DNA of 64,000 nt from the NCBI RefSeq assembly GCF_001194135.2, contig NC_068986.1:53694085-53758084 (forward strand), given 5' to 3'. Positions 50,099-64,000 of the stretch are shown here, piece after piece. The translations under genes and the position numbers were made by a program. The notes under the pieces are model-generated. The model was not told the DNA's origin and ran no database searches. It was given only the letters and a program-made list of their open reading frames with translations. The DNA is from Octopus bimaculoides (taxonomy: Eukaryota). Every line of letters begins with the position of its first letter. The stretch's first letter is position 1.

Positions 50099-53000
50099 GA
50101 AAAAAAAAAGCACAAAAGGCTGAAGGATTTCAAAACTTGGTTTGATAATATGAAAGAGATAAAAGATGACTAGTTCTCTACTTATCAATTTTGAGTTCTG
50201 CAACTGAATAAAGTCATCAAACATGCCAGCAAATATATTATTAAGGGATCTAACACTGCGATGTTTGTTCTGACACAACAAAACAGACAAGATAAAGTCA
50301 CCCAATTCCAGCAAGGACAATGCAAAAGCATCAATAAGGTTTTCTGGTGCATTTTGTTTCTTCCATTCATGAAGTTGCCACAGCATTCAAACTTGGAAAA
50401 TCCACACAAAATCCAAAGGACACAACAATTACAGCCTTTTTCAAGCAGTAGCTGTACAGTTCCTTTGCAAAAACATTATTGTACCGTTAGGATCCATTCT
50501 ACTATATATGGAACAACAAGCAACAGAAATGAAGTTGCAATGAGTCTTTATTGAAGGTCAACCTGACAAGTATTGAGAGTGCCATTGGAAGATAGTTTAC
50601 TGCACACACACCAGTCAACTTGAATGCTTCTTTTAATGACTTCTTCATAAAGTGCAAGGTTTAAGTTCATTACAAGATCGTTAAATAGTCTATGGCAAAG
50701 TTTGTAACACTTATAAAGAGTGACAATGCTTTACATATGGATTGCTGAAGAATGACATCCAGTGAGAGGTAACATAGTCAGGAGCTTCTGTACCTCAAAC
50801 AGAAAGAGTTTCAAGGCTCTTACAACATGCTGTTAAAAATCCAATCAGACTCAAGTATCATGATGACCTTATTAGAAGTTTCAAGCATTAACCTTAAAGG
50901 ATGAACCCAGATGTGAAAAAAGGGTACACTAATAAAATTTACAATGCTGCCTTCATTGATAAAGTCAAGGATATAAATAGCACAGAACTCCAAAAATAAT
51001 GTCTCTCTCAGCTTAGAGACACTGAATCAAGAGAAATTTTAAAGAATCATCATATAATGTTAATACAGTAATAGGATATATCCATGATGAACCCAAACCC
51101 ACTGAAACCAGAGAGCAGTTTATTTAGCTATTTTTGACGAGGTTCAGCAACAAGATAAAATTTGCTTCCTTGATATTCATGACTGAACTGGAATGTCAAT
51201 CTTGATCAGTCTATTACTTGTCAGAGTTTGTCAACAGAATAGCATAGCTATTGCAGTTGTTTTTCCAGGTATAACCACAAACTAATTCCTGTAAGTCATA
51301 TAGTACATTTCTTCTTTCAAGCTTCTTATGGACTTGAGCAGAAATGATGCACCATTTCGCAACACTGTATTCATTGTATTGAAATGATGCACCCTTTTGA
51401 AACACTGGACAAGCTTTCAAGAAATTCATAAGCATCTCCCAATCCACTGCCTTTCTCCCAATGCCTCCTTTTTCTCTACTGCCCCCTTAGACACCAGCAA
51501 CCACCTGGACCCTCTCAACGCCCACCAGGGGGGCGGTACCACCCACTTTGAGAACCTATGCTTTAAATCATCATTACTTTGAACAAAGGCTAAAATGTTC
51601 AAACAGTCAACAAACATGAGAGCCAATCTTTTTGGATGTCATCTGTCATGTCATTTTGCCAAGAATTTCTTATAAGTTAGGGAGAAAAGATTTCTTTCCA
51701 ATAGTAACAACAGCATAGACACAGCTCCTATAAACACATTAGTTAAGACAGTAGTGAAATGATAGCAAGGGTGTTCCTCAAATTGCAACATCATTAACAC
51801 CAGAGTGAATGTGTGGAAAAAAAAAAAAATCAACTAGCAACTGTTGTAGGAACACACAGAAAACAGTCAAATTTACAAATTAATAAACGGTATTGTCTAT
51901 TAAATAGTTCACTGCCCATCAGAATTTTTAAGTTCACTGGAACCTTCAGGTCTACCACCAAACCTTACTTACAGATCTATGTATACATGTGTATGAGTGT
52001 GTGTAAATATATACATAGGTGTGTGTGTGTGTACACATCTGAAATTTCCTTGTAATCTGTAGCAGAATTAAGAAGAAATTCCATGTATGGAAGCAAAATG
52101 TGGAATCAAAGGGCATCAAGCTTAAGCTACTAAAGACCACTATTCTAGCAAGTAGGAAAAACAGAAATGTTCAGGAAATTGACTTTGATATGTATAAAAA
52201 AGTGCAAGCAAAAATTTCATACAGTGTATGCAGTACAAAATATGGACACACAAAACACGCAGCAATTTGACAGGAAGATTAATATTTTTCTATTAACCTT
52301 CTTGTAGGTTTTGTATGTGGTAAATGTGCAGGAGCAATTAACATTAAGAAGACATGAAACAGATTTTTTCAAATGCCCAGGAAGATCCCTTGAGGTAGAC
52401 GGACATTAAATAATGGTGTTAATGATGACATACATATACACACATACATGTATGTATGTGCATGCATATGTGTAAGTGCAGAGCCAGAAATATTCAACAG
52501 GGAGAAGAGGCATACTGAAAAACTATTTTAGGAATGATTGATCCATAGCTTTGGTGAGAACATCTGTCAAAGAACAGGGTATATAAGGACCTTTAAGTGT
52601 GGCAAGGACGCCCTAACTCCAGTACTACATTGTTTTGTGGATGAGTTCAGGAAGACAAAGCCTAAGAAAGTTACTCCTTGAGAGAAAAACAAGCTGCAGT
52701 GGTTAGCTTTGAGGGCAAACCTGACAGATTGGATTTCTATTTGCCTCCTGCAGTTGAGAGGAGTTACCAATCTTCTTGAGTCACTCTTACAATAAGATCT
52801 ACCTCCTTCACAGGGGAGATAGTGATATTGAGAAATGTGCACCTCCAATGAAGCTTTATTGCACAACCGAAATGATTGTTTGGCAGTCATGCTTTGATAA
52901 TGGTTGATATTTTTGTGTTTCCTCTCATTTGGTGGGGAAACGGCTATGTTTTTTTTTTCTTTGACTCCTTGTATTATTAGAAAAATTATCTTTCGATTGA

Positions 53001-53649
53001 TATATCATATAAGATATATATCATAGAAAATGTGTAACCTTATGTCAATGCTAGAAATTATTATTATTATTGCACTTAGAGAAACTCTTAGGTTGAACAT
53101 GTGTTGTATGAGCTGCATTACTATATTTAGTGGCTTTTTTGTAGAATGTAGAATGTACTTAGTATAATCAATTACTCAAAGATTACACATTAATTTGTAA
53201 GTCCTTTAGATGCTGATTCAGTATTTATTCGATGACATTGCCCCTAACACTTATGCGTGCGTATATGTGTGCATATGTATATGTGTGTGTGTATGTGTGC
53301 GCGCATGTGTGTGAGTGTGTGTGTGTGTGTGATTAGAAGATTGTTAATCAACCACACTATAGCCATCAGCCGAACAAAGCATCATGAGTGGATTTGGTTG
53401 GCTGATGGCTATATCATAGAAAAAAAAAGTAAAACAAAAAGCAAAGTTTATTAAAACTGTGCAGTTACAGTGTTCAAATTCTTGTTCAAATTCATACATT
53501 ACAATATTTCAAATAGAACTCACAAAACAAGTTAAAATTATGCACACACACACACACACACTTCTTCACTTTATGAGTTTATTCAGGAGAAGCACCAGTA
53601 CCTATGACTAAAACATGATCTCCAAAATTGATATGATTTGTGCAGCTTT

Positions 53650-53960
53650 ATGTTGCCTGAACATCTCTAAGTCAATGTCAGCAGGATGTTTATTGGTGTG
53701 AGGGAATTAAGAGTGTCGACACTGATGGTGATCTAATCACTTAGCTGACTTGAACTGTCATAGGAGTGTAGAGAGTATGAAATATATGGCAACTGGTTTT
53801 GATTAGGCAATGGAAAAGGATCCGATAGATATAAAGATAGTGACAGCCTGGTAAAGACTGGCACTGGAGGTAAGAAAAAGGTCAACTATGTGTGGAGTGT
53901 TTGTGCATGAGTCAGGGACACAAGTGACAGTACTGTTGCAGTAAGTTCCTATTTGCATAT
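53650..53960 (-). mobile_element. CR1-group LINE AP-endonuclease fragment
   Basis: TCVPDSCTNTPHIVDLFLTSSASLY..IGS resembles the CR1 APE end TRIPD..P..LDLFLTS.P..Y...LGSSDH. Confidence 0.6.
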
Positions 53961-56900
53961 GCATTGTTAAGAAAAAGTTTGCTTTCCAATCAGACGGTTT
54001 CAGATTCAGTTCCACAGTAAGGCACCTTGTGCAAGTGCTTTCTACTATGGTTCTGGGCTGACCAAAGTCTTGTGGGTGAACTTGGTAGACAGAAACTGAA
54101 AGAAACCAATCATGTGTGTGTGTGTGATCATCATCATCGTTTTAACATCCACTTTTCCATGCTTGTATGGATCAGGTGGAATTCACTGAGAAAGCTTTTT
54201 TAAGATCTGATACCCTGTCTGTTGCCAACCCTCGACTGTTTTCAAACAAGATAATATTTCCTTATGATCTGACATGCTTTACATGGAAGACTGGAAATGA
54301 GGAACATCACGTGATGTCAAGACAAGGAAACATACATACATACACACAAACACACATGTGTCCATGTGTGTGTGTTCTCCTTGCTTTGACATTACGTAAT
54401 TTCCACAACTCTACAATGTGACCGTCATAGCAATATAATTTGCAGAACTATACGTGAGACATCTGCATGAGATTGAACATGTATATAGTTCTACCAATTA
54501 TATTTGGAGTTATATTTCAAAAGTCTTCGTTTTGGCATGCCAAATGCCACTTACGTTCTGGCGTTTGCTGAATTTTCCTTTCAGTTTCCACCTATCAAAT
54601 CTGCCTATAACATTTAAGTCAGTTTGTTTGGCAAACAGGTGGATTCAGATCCAATACCACTGTCCAGAACCTCAAGCAAATATCTACTATGTCCCTGGGT
54701 CAACCAGTGCCTTGTGAGTGAATTTGGTAGAAAGAAATTATGTGAAGGTCTGTCAAATGTATGTATATATGTTACATGGTTGGGTCATCAGTGACTAAAC
54801 TGACAACCTCACCAAGTCTGGTGAGTAGGGTGGCTTTTGGTTTTGTGGGATGCAAAACAAAACCTGTCAAAGGGCAGATGAATTCAGGAGAATCAATGGC
54901 TATCCATTTAAAACCACCAGCAGTGAGGGACCCCTGGCTGTTGTTGTAACATCTTTTGATGAGAGGGACACTCTGATGCAAAACGCGCAGTTTCACATGA
55001 TTACCAGTTATCTCACTTCAACCTATCACTAGGTATTAACCATGGAGACTTAGAGAGTGGTACTCATGTTGTACAAGTATTTCTCACTATAATCCAATGG
55101 CCTACATATGTCTCTCTATGTTGGCCTCGTTTGTTATTCCATCTGCTGAAAATCCCATGGTAATGGAAGAGTGGCAACAGGTGCAGAACTTAACCAGCTG
55201 AAAAGTGCAAAGTTACAGAGATCTGCAGCAAGACTGAATAGTCATCTGAGAGATCATGGATGGAAAGTCAGTAATGCCATTGACAATGAGCCAGTGAAAA
55301 GAGACAGCAATCATCTGTTTAAATGGAGCTGTCACCATGTGTAGGTAGGTGTGAGTGTGTATATATGTGTCATTGTGTTTGTCTCTTACAGCTTGACAAC
55401 TAGCGGTTTAACAGGGAGATTGATAGAATACATACCAGACTTAAAGAAGAAAGTACTAGGGTCCATTTGACTGAATAAACTATTCAAGGCAGCATCTAAC
55501 TGAAACCATTAAGAGTATACATATATGTGTGCATGCATATATATATATATATGCATACACACACCATATATATACATATATATAGACACACAGATAACAA
55601 ACTATTTCAAATATATACATTGCGAAATGTATGTTACAATATATGGTAAGTATTCTGCAAATCAATTGTGTAACTATAATTTATTTCCTCGTTGTAACTC
55701 TTTCTGTCTCATTGCCACACCAGCATTTTCCCATGGATTAATTATCACCATTAAGACCATGAATTGGAAAAAATCATTAGGATGTTAGGTAGAATACTAT
55801 ACAGTTTTGGGGGTTTTTTTTGTTGTTTTATTTTTTGGCTCTCTGCACTCCTGTTGTGGCTTGTTTTGCCTTTCATCCTTTCATGGTCAATAAATGAAAA
55901 GTACCAGTCCAAAGCAGCAGATTGGCAAAATTGTTGATGTAGTATATCTTGCAGTATCTCCCACAGCTCTTTGCATTCTGAAGAAAACACCTGCAAAAAC
56001 AAGTGCACTGTTGTATCAGCCCTTGCCTTTCCCTAAGATAATGTTAGTGATGTGGAGACAAGAGACCTGCATGCATGGGCAACTCCTATTTATCTATAAA
56101 TGAACCTTGAGTAGACCAGCACACAGGAGAGAAACTTTCCAGGTACATATAGAAAAAAAATCAGACATGATTGTAGCTATTTTTCAAATCTCCATTCTTT
56201 ATAACTGACATTTAAGCCATGCCCAACCTATCTTCTCTGGAACGTTATATTTAGGACCACTTTTCTTTTGATAATAGACTCAAATGTAAGATTTGGTTAC
56301 ATTTCTGTAAAGGCTCACTTATTGTCTCGTATGTATATTTTATAAAGCTCTGTTACTTTCAGTGTGCAAAAGTGACTGTTGTTATTGTTGTTGAGCACCA
56401 GGTCAGTTCTGGTCAAGCAGGCTTATGGTATATAGTTATTTGAGTGACAACAAGCATTCCAAATATCAGCACGACTGGACCTAACCTGGGGCTACACTTC
56501 AAAACACCAAAACTTAATGACTATTTTTCAGGGGCTTTTTCTCTTTCTCTTTTTTTTTTTTTTTTAGTTTTTGTGAAAATACAGCATCTATATAGAATAT
56601 TATTTTTTTTTCTTTTTAGGTGGTGGATGAACTTGGTATCTTTAAACATCTAATTGAATTTTAGTTGTTTTTCTCACATGAGTTATATTTCCTTTGATTT
56701 AATTTTTACACTTGTAATATAGAAATAACATCAATTGAACAAAATAATAACCAGGTAACTTTAATTATTTCTACCAACATTAGAATCACTACTAAAACAG
56801 CAATCACCACCAACCCCAACAGACTTAATAATCATCACAATCACACATACTGGCAATAGTAATCAATACTCTCTCAAATTATACCCTACCACCTTGAAAA

Positions 56901-57331
56901 AAATTGGAAGAGGACATTGTATAATGTAGTTCTAGATACATATGTAAGTAAAAGATAGGATGGCCATAGCTGGAATGTCTGTGATAATAGACTCCTGGAT
57001 CAAAGCTGACTTGCTGCTTAACAGCAAAGTCATAGAACTCAATCAGTGGAGTGACCAAGCAAGAAGCAGTTTACAGTATATTAAATATATAGTAACAAAG
57101 GTAGTCGGTAGTGAGCTCAGTCGCTACTTCAGGGTCTGACAATCCTGCTTGACAATCATGTAGTGGTGTTCATTAATGCTCAGTGGCATGTCTTCTGGTT
57201 CTTCATGTTCTTAGTTCAAATTCTGCCTTACATCTTTTTGGAGCCAATAAAAGAATGTATTAGTCAAGTATGGGAGGCAAGATAATCAACTCATCATCTC
57301 CCCCTAAAAAATTACAGGTCTTCTGCCAATT

Positions 57332-57375
<44 letters not shown>

Positions 57376-59730
57376 AAGGGTAGATGATAGATAGCAGAAT
57401 CAGTAGCAGGATACACAAAATGTGTTGCAGTTTTGGATTATGACTCTTTATATACGAAGTTCAAATCCTGTTATGGTTGACTTTACCCTACAGTCTTCTG
57501 GGGCTGATAAAATAAATATGCTATGCACTAGTAGTGACTAAATCACTTCTACATTTTCCCTCATAATATCTAGACTTGTACCTACATTGGGAATTATCTA
57601 CCAATATTCAGTCTGTCACAGTCTTTGACAGTTCATGTCAAACAACCATTACAACAGAATGTAATCTGAGTATTAAGCTTTCAATAACCTTTAGCTATGG
57701 AATGAAATGAAAAATAAACATTATCAAGATTGAAGCTAAGATAAAACAAGTTTGATTTTATACTTTAAGCAACATTAACTATGGAACACAAAATATTTAG
57801 CATAATGAAACAATGTTATGAAGATCTATTAAATTTATGGAACAAAATAGAAAAAAAAATGAAAATCCACAAAATGTGGAATTTCACTGGTCCTGTTAGT
57901 TAATATCAACATGGTTGAGAATGCTAGATATTGTTGAGTAGGGGTCAAAATTACTAACAATATTTAGTTACATCCTTTTATGGTCTGAGTTAAAATCATG
58001 TCAGGTTCAACTCTGATCTCTATCCTTCCAGGTAGGAAATTTTAAATTCTAGAAACAGGTACTGCGGTTGTGTAACCCAACTACATCACTCATCAAAAAC
58101 ATGCATAATGATTTTAAAAAATCATTATTATTAAAAGGACTATGAATGAACAAAATGCCATACAATTTAGTTAGGATTTTTTTTTTATATATGTTCTGTG
58201 TTCAAATCATTCAAGAGTCAGATCTCTCAATTTGTGTCTAAGTAATTATTATTAGCAGTTCTGTATTAGAGGATATCAAGTCTCTGGTAAAACAGATATC
58301 ACATACTCAGTGAATAACAGTAGTTCCCTTCCCTTTTCCCTTCCACAAACTACTATACCTCACAGTGGGTAAAAAAAATATAGTCTTTTCTCTTTATTTA
58401 TTTATTCTGTCACAATATATGAAAACATTGCAAGCAGTGCCAAATTTTTCAACCAATTGAAATCTCCAATAAAATAATAACAAAATAAAATAGAATTAAA
58501 GAAATCTAAATATTTGGAATGTATTATTTTGGAATGTCAAACAAACAAACAAATCAACATTTCAGGAGTAAAATAATTATTAGCTAGGTAAATGTTCAAA
58601 TATTTCACATACAAATATAAGCAAATTCAACATTATTAAAGGTATACTAACTGGCATCATATCTTTAACATATTCTTGAGAGAGAGAGAGAGAAAGAGAC
58701 AGAGAAGGTGTTGTCTTTAATGAGATCATTCAGGGCATCCTTAGAGGAAATTAATAAATACTATTCAAGAAATATGGCACAACCATTACCAAAGAGCTAA
58801 TCTTTAACAATGCAATGGTGCTAATAATTAATAACAATAATAATTATTTCTAACATAGGCACAAGACCAGAAATTTAATGGAGAGGAAACAGTAAGTTAA
58901 ATCTCTCCTCGGTGCTTGACAACTGGTTCATTATTTTATCAAACCTAGAAGAATGAAAAAAAAAAAAAAAAAGCTAAACTTAGCAGGATTTGAACAGAGA
59001 AGGTGGAGAGGCAAAACAAATACTACAAGGTATTTTGTCCAATGTTGGGATGAATCAGCCCTAATAATGGTTTCCAATTTAGGAATAAGGCTAGAAATTT
59101 TGAGAGGAAGGTATTAGGTGATACCATTGTCTCCATACTTGAACGGTTCTTTATTTTATTGACCCTGAAGGAATGAAAGGCAAAATTGACCACAATAGGA
59201 TATGAACTCAGAAGGCAAAGAGCTACAAGAAATACCACAAAGCATTCTTCCTAACACTCTAACACACCTTCCAGTTCATTACCTTATTCTGCCCAAATAA
59301 TTAATAACCACTTCTAGTATAATCACAAAGCCAGAAAAAGGCAAAGTTGACCTCAACCAGATTTGAACTCAGAAGGCAGAGCCGGAACAAATTTATATGT
59401 GTGTGAGTGTGTGTGAAGGAGTGTGGCTTAGTGGTTAGGGCATTCGGCTCACAATCGTAAGGCCATGAGTTCAGTCCCCAGCAATGCAGTGTGTCCTTGA
59501 GCAAGACACTTTATTTCACATTGCTCCACTCAGCTAGCAAAAATGAATAATACCTGTATTTCAAAGGGCCGGCCTTGCCACACTTTGTGTCATGTTGAAT
59601 ATCCCTGAGAACTACGTTAAGGGTACATGTGTCTGTGGAATGCTCAGCGACCTGCACGTTATTTTTTAACAGGCAAGTTGTTCTGTTGACAGCTGGGACC
59701 CTCGTCATAACCAACAGAGTGCTCTTTATG

Positions 59731-59812
<82 letters not shown>

Positions 59813-61063
59813 CAGATATATGTATATAAGTATTTTCTAATATTTCCACCAATCTGAATTTTTTTTTTTAAAGAAACAAGATGTTTTTTAAGACTTTTGG
59901 TCACAAAAAAAACAAAAAAAACTTGTATTAAAGGTATACTAACAGGCATCATATCTTTAACAATAATGAAGAACAAAGCTGAGTGTGAAAGCAGCAGTGT
60001 TATTCAACATCAAGTTAACCCTGATCAAGTAACCCTAGGAACAAAGACTCTTCCACTTTTTAAGAGAGTAAGATTATCATTTGAAGGAAATTTGACTTTT
60101 TTCTTTTTCCTTTTTAGAGATCAAGTGACATCAAATGGCTCTTTCACTGGTTGGTTAAACAAATTTCTAGTTTCAGTAGTGATGACTGCCACATGTTGAA
60201 GCATTTAGCTCTGATGATCCTAATTTAGATTCTCTATGCGAGACAAATTCACTTCACTTACAAGTCTTTAGGGATGGCATAAATGTTACAATAACCCATT
60301 TGTCTCCTATCATTAAAAGCAATAATCAGTTCAGCATTGTTATCGTTTAGTTCCCAAGGATGCCCTACACTGAGCAAACTTATGATCAAAAACATTCTAG
60401 TTGTGACCATCCTGCATCTTCCCAGATACTGTGCACCACAATATGATTTCAAGGAAAACTGGCTGCCATTTCTAGTAGATTGAGTAAGAACACAGAGTAT
60501 TCCTCATTGGCTGCCTCAAGTACATAGATTATTAAGGAAATAGACTAATATTGACAGAATTACAGAAAGTACAAAAGAAACAGTTCTAAGGACAAAAAAC
60601 TGGATAAAGTTTTCCAAACTGAGCTTTTGGAAGTAATCGACAGTTACAGTATACAAAGAAAACAGGGTAACGCCATTAGGAGAAGTTAGGATGAAATTAC
60701 CAAGATCTACGATGTCTTTAACAGTTTCCACCACAACAGCTAACTCTTCATAACTTCTCCTACTAATAGCATTACCCTATTCTCTTTCAATACTATATGA
60801 TAACCATGTTGCCTGAGATATACCAGCACATTATCATAATCAACAGAGTGAATACCACAGGTCTGAGAAGAGGGATGCATAATAAAGAGGTTCTAATAAT
60901 GAGTAAAGACCTTGCAAGTTTAAGAATAGTAGTATCATTTCAAGCAAAACATCAGCTACACAGGCCTTACTAGTATGGGAGGGCATTCAAGTGTTATTAG
61001 CTCAGAACTTACTGATCTGGGAGATCATCTAAAAGCCATAGGTCAAGAACTTGCTTGTTTAGA

Positions 61064-61280
61064 GGGGAATCCAAGAGCTTGTTGGTCCAGGATGGCACCC
61101 AAAAGTTACAAGCCAAGTTACTGGTCTGAGAGAGTGCCCAAGAGTTGTTAGCCTAGCACTTATTGTTCTGAGATTGGCATCCAAGAGTTATAGACACAGC
61201 ACTTGCAAGAGCAGAAAGTTTCCAAAGCCACAGGCCCAACATATGCTGGCTTGAAAGGGTATCCAAGACCCAGCACTTCT
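61064..61280. repeat. Degenerate ~41-bp minisatellite
   Basis: CCAA(G)A anchors at 61071, 61099, 61138, 61181, 61222 and 61263. Approximate consensus CCAAGAGTTATAGGCCCAGCACTTGCTGGTCTGAGAGGGCAT. Confidence 0.55.
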
Positions 61281-62229
61281 TTCTCAGAGTAGATATTTTT
61301 TCTCAACAAGAGTAAATGTAAAGAATGGCAATATTTCAATTATAGATCAGATAGACTAGTGACAGTTAGCAATAGTGGATTTTCTTTTTTCCTTGAATCT
61401 AGTAATGCAATTTGACAGAATGGTTCATGTAGTTTAGCCCCAAATCAGCCCAGATGAAACAAACCTAAGAGTGGTCAAAGGTATTCCAACTATGACTGAT
61501 ACATCTTTTTCAAACAAAACATTTAGGACTACCTTTCCAATGTGACCTTCCATTTCTAATGGTAGTAAGGTGTGATTGAAGTAAACAGTACCAACTGCTG
61601 CCATTTCTAGACAGTACAGATGATGACAGTGATAATTTTCTGAGAGTATGTGATTATTTTCTACTCTGCTACTTAACCACTGTCTGATAAACTGCTGGTG
61701 CAGTAGCATGACAGTTCTTCAACTTGATAGACTGAAGATTAAAATAGGTGTGCTATTTCAGATTTAAAAAAAAAAATTTCCTGTTAAATCAGATTTGGGT
61801 TTTGTAAAGGATCAGTAACTACTCAGATTAATAATCATTCAAACACGGAAAAGGATCACCCATCTCAATGATACAGTTTTAGCGCAGGATAGCAAATGGC
61901 TGAATAGACAAGTGGCAAAGTAATTCTGTTTCTATATGGGATTCTTAATAGTTGGATCTATACAGTAGCATTTGGTGAAAGTCATTCGAAAGTTTGACAC
62001 TATTTAATATTGATTTTGCCCAAAGTCAGCCCTAACTGAGCAGACCTATGATGAAAAACGCTCCAACTATGGTCTTACTGTCATTTTGCATGTCCAGGTA
62101 TACATTATTCCATGTGTCCTTTCTTTCCATTTGTCACCCTCAATAGGGTGTGATTTGTGAGAGAAGTCGCTATCTCTAGCAGGTTAAACAACTACACAGA
62201 AGTTCCTAAGTTGGCTTCAAACTATTAAG

Positions 62230-62390
62230 GATGCTAGAGGTGGAAGATTTGAAAAGAGGAGGGTGGTATCATCAACATAGGAGTGTACAGTGTAGAAGAG
62301 TAGGTTGATAATGAAGTTGTAGTATGAGGGTCGTAAGGGAGAGGAGACGATAAGTCTTAGTGGAGACCTGAGTCAATGAGGTAATTCGAC
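62230..62390 (-). mobile_element. CR1-group LINE RT fragment; a linker fragment of the same type lies at 62930-63130(-)
   Basis: FIINLLFYTVHSYVDDTTLLFS (YADD-like). The upstream piece reads FWS..NFGESPQPTLFNLDGSANNTP..K, resembling the CR1 ORF2 linker. Confidence 0.6.
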
Positions 62391-63622
62391 CCCCACCTTC
62401 CGCCACACAACAGATGCTAACAACCTACCAAATTCAAGTATTCAAACTCATTGTGTAATTCATAACCTGAGATTTTAAGAAAATTTGACTGGAAACTTGG
62501 TTGGTTTTTAATAACATTGAGTAGTATGAAAAGCCACGATCGAACGTATTCTAAGATCGTCTTCCTAAGTCAACTCCGAGCCAGCCTTATCAAACAAACA
62601 CAGTTTTCGAAGCTGTTCCGACCATGACCATCACGTTTGTTTGCATATTTTTCGGCAGTGGTGTATGTAAGAGAATTTGGCTGCTATTTCTAGCAGATAG
62701 AGCGATCACATGGAAGCTCCTCGAGTGTTGGAAACGGTTGGGCAATATTATAAGGAAAAGCTTATATTTCATGATGGGTGGATGGAACACAGAGTCACAA
62801 AGCTTCTTGGTTTTGGAACGAGTATCTTTTAGAGTGTGATAAACAATTCTAAAGCCAGTCACTCTGTTATACTAAATGTGAAGAATTTGTTTCATTTGAC
62901 GACTTTAGATATTAATAAAAGAGGAAATGTTTATCGGTGGACGATAGCGTTGGAGATGGGGATGTGACAACCATGCTGGCTTTTGCAGCAGGGGGTATTG
63001 TTAGCAGAGCCATCTAGGTTAAAGAGTGTTGGCTGAGGTGACTCACCAAAATTGGTGAAGCTGCACTTGGAGAAAAAGACCAGAATGCAAGACTGCAATT
63101 GGAAGAATAACTTGTTGATCGACTAGTGGACAAAGGAATTTCATATTCTTTCTTTGTTCTCATGGAAATATACACTTTTTAAAGGCATTTCATAAAACCA
63201 AACTTTTATGTGTACGTGAATATATATATATATATATATATATNNNNNNNNNNNNNNNNNNNNNNNNNNNNNNNNNNNNNNNNNNNNNNNNNNNNNNNNN
63301 NNNNNNNNNNNNNNNNNNNNNNNNNNNNNNNNNNNNNNNNNNNNNNNNNNNNNNNNNNNNNNNNNNNNNNNNNNNNNNNNNNNNNNNNNNNNNNNNNNNN
63401 NNNNNNNNNNNNNNNNNNNNNNNNNNNNNNNNNNNNNNNNNNNNNNNNNNNNNNNNNNNNNNNNNNNNNNNNNNNNNNNNNNNNNNNNNNNNNNNNNNNN
63501 NNNNNNNNNNNNNNNNNNNNNNNNNNNNNNNNNNNNNNNNNNNNNNNNNNNNNNNNNNNNNNNNNNNNNNNNNNNNNNNNNNNNNNNNNNNNNNNNNNNN
63601 NNNNNNNNNNNNNNNNNNNNNN

Positions 63623-64000
<378 letters not shown>

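Larger units (their letters stand above)
60350..62720. repeat. Cluster of decayed copies of an interspersed repeat with signature GATTTGGCTGCTATTTCTAGCAG
   Basis: The signature or its complement occurs at about 43155, 43370, 46475, 60465, 61600, 62165 and 62675. It is often preceded by GAGCAGACCTATGATCAAAG..ATTCCA.C.ATGACC. Confidence 0.6.

Noticed and set aside
50840-51200. Penelope-like RT motifs (KYHDDLI ... DKICFLDI) and a mariner-like LKDEPR
   Set aside because: The motif spacing is about twice that expected, the frames are broken, and there is no flanking support.
52567-52890. ORF with CSLFFSQGVTFLGFVF resembling a Gypsy/DIRS RT end motif
   Set aside because: It is a single short motif with no upstream YxDD and could be chance.

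Overview
This is AT-rich animal genomic DNA with many N gaps and microsatellites. The SINE and LINE families look like those of a coleoid cephalopod such as Octopus; that assignment is an inference. One host gene is present, a fem-1 homolog of the FEM1A/C type on the minus strand. It has a partial upstream coding exon (63726 to beyond 64000), a 31,657-bp GT-AG phase-1 intron, and a terminal coding exon (30744-32068); the two exons join in frame. The rest is transposon-derived: RTE and CR1-group LINE fragments, at least four SINE-like families, MITEs and hairpins. The most unusual signal lies in the first 21 kb. It is a cluster of about six diverged copies of a short (~1.5 kb) element encoding only an ORF1/Gag-like protein (RRM-like region, CCHC zinc knuckle, and a conserved C-terminal region I do not recognise), with no ORF2. 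One copy appears complete and has a 14-bp flanking direct repeat. Four to five units form a head-to-tail array with a conserved junction. Four copies keep a small 3' stem-loop through compensatory substitutions. All alignments were made by eye, so repeat boundaries are approximate.
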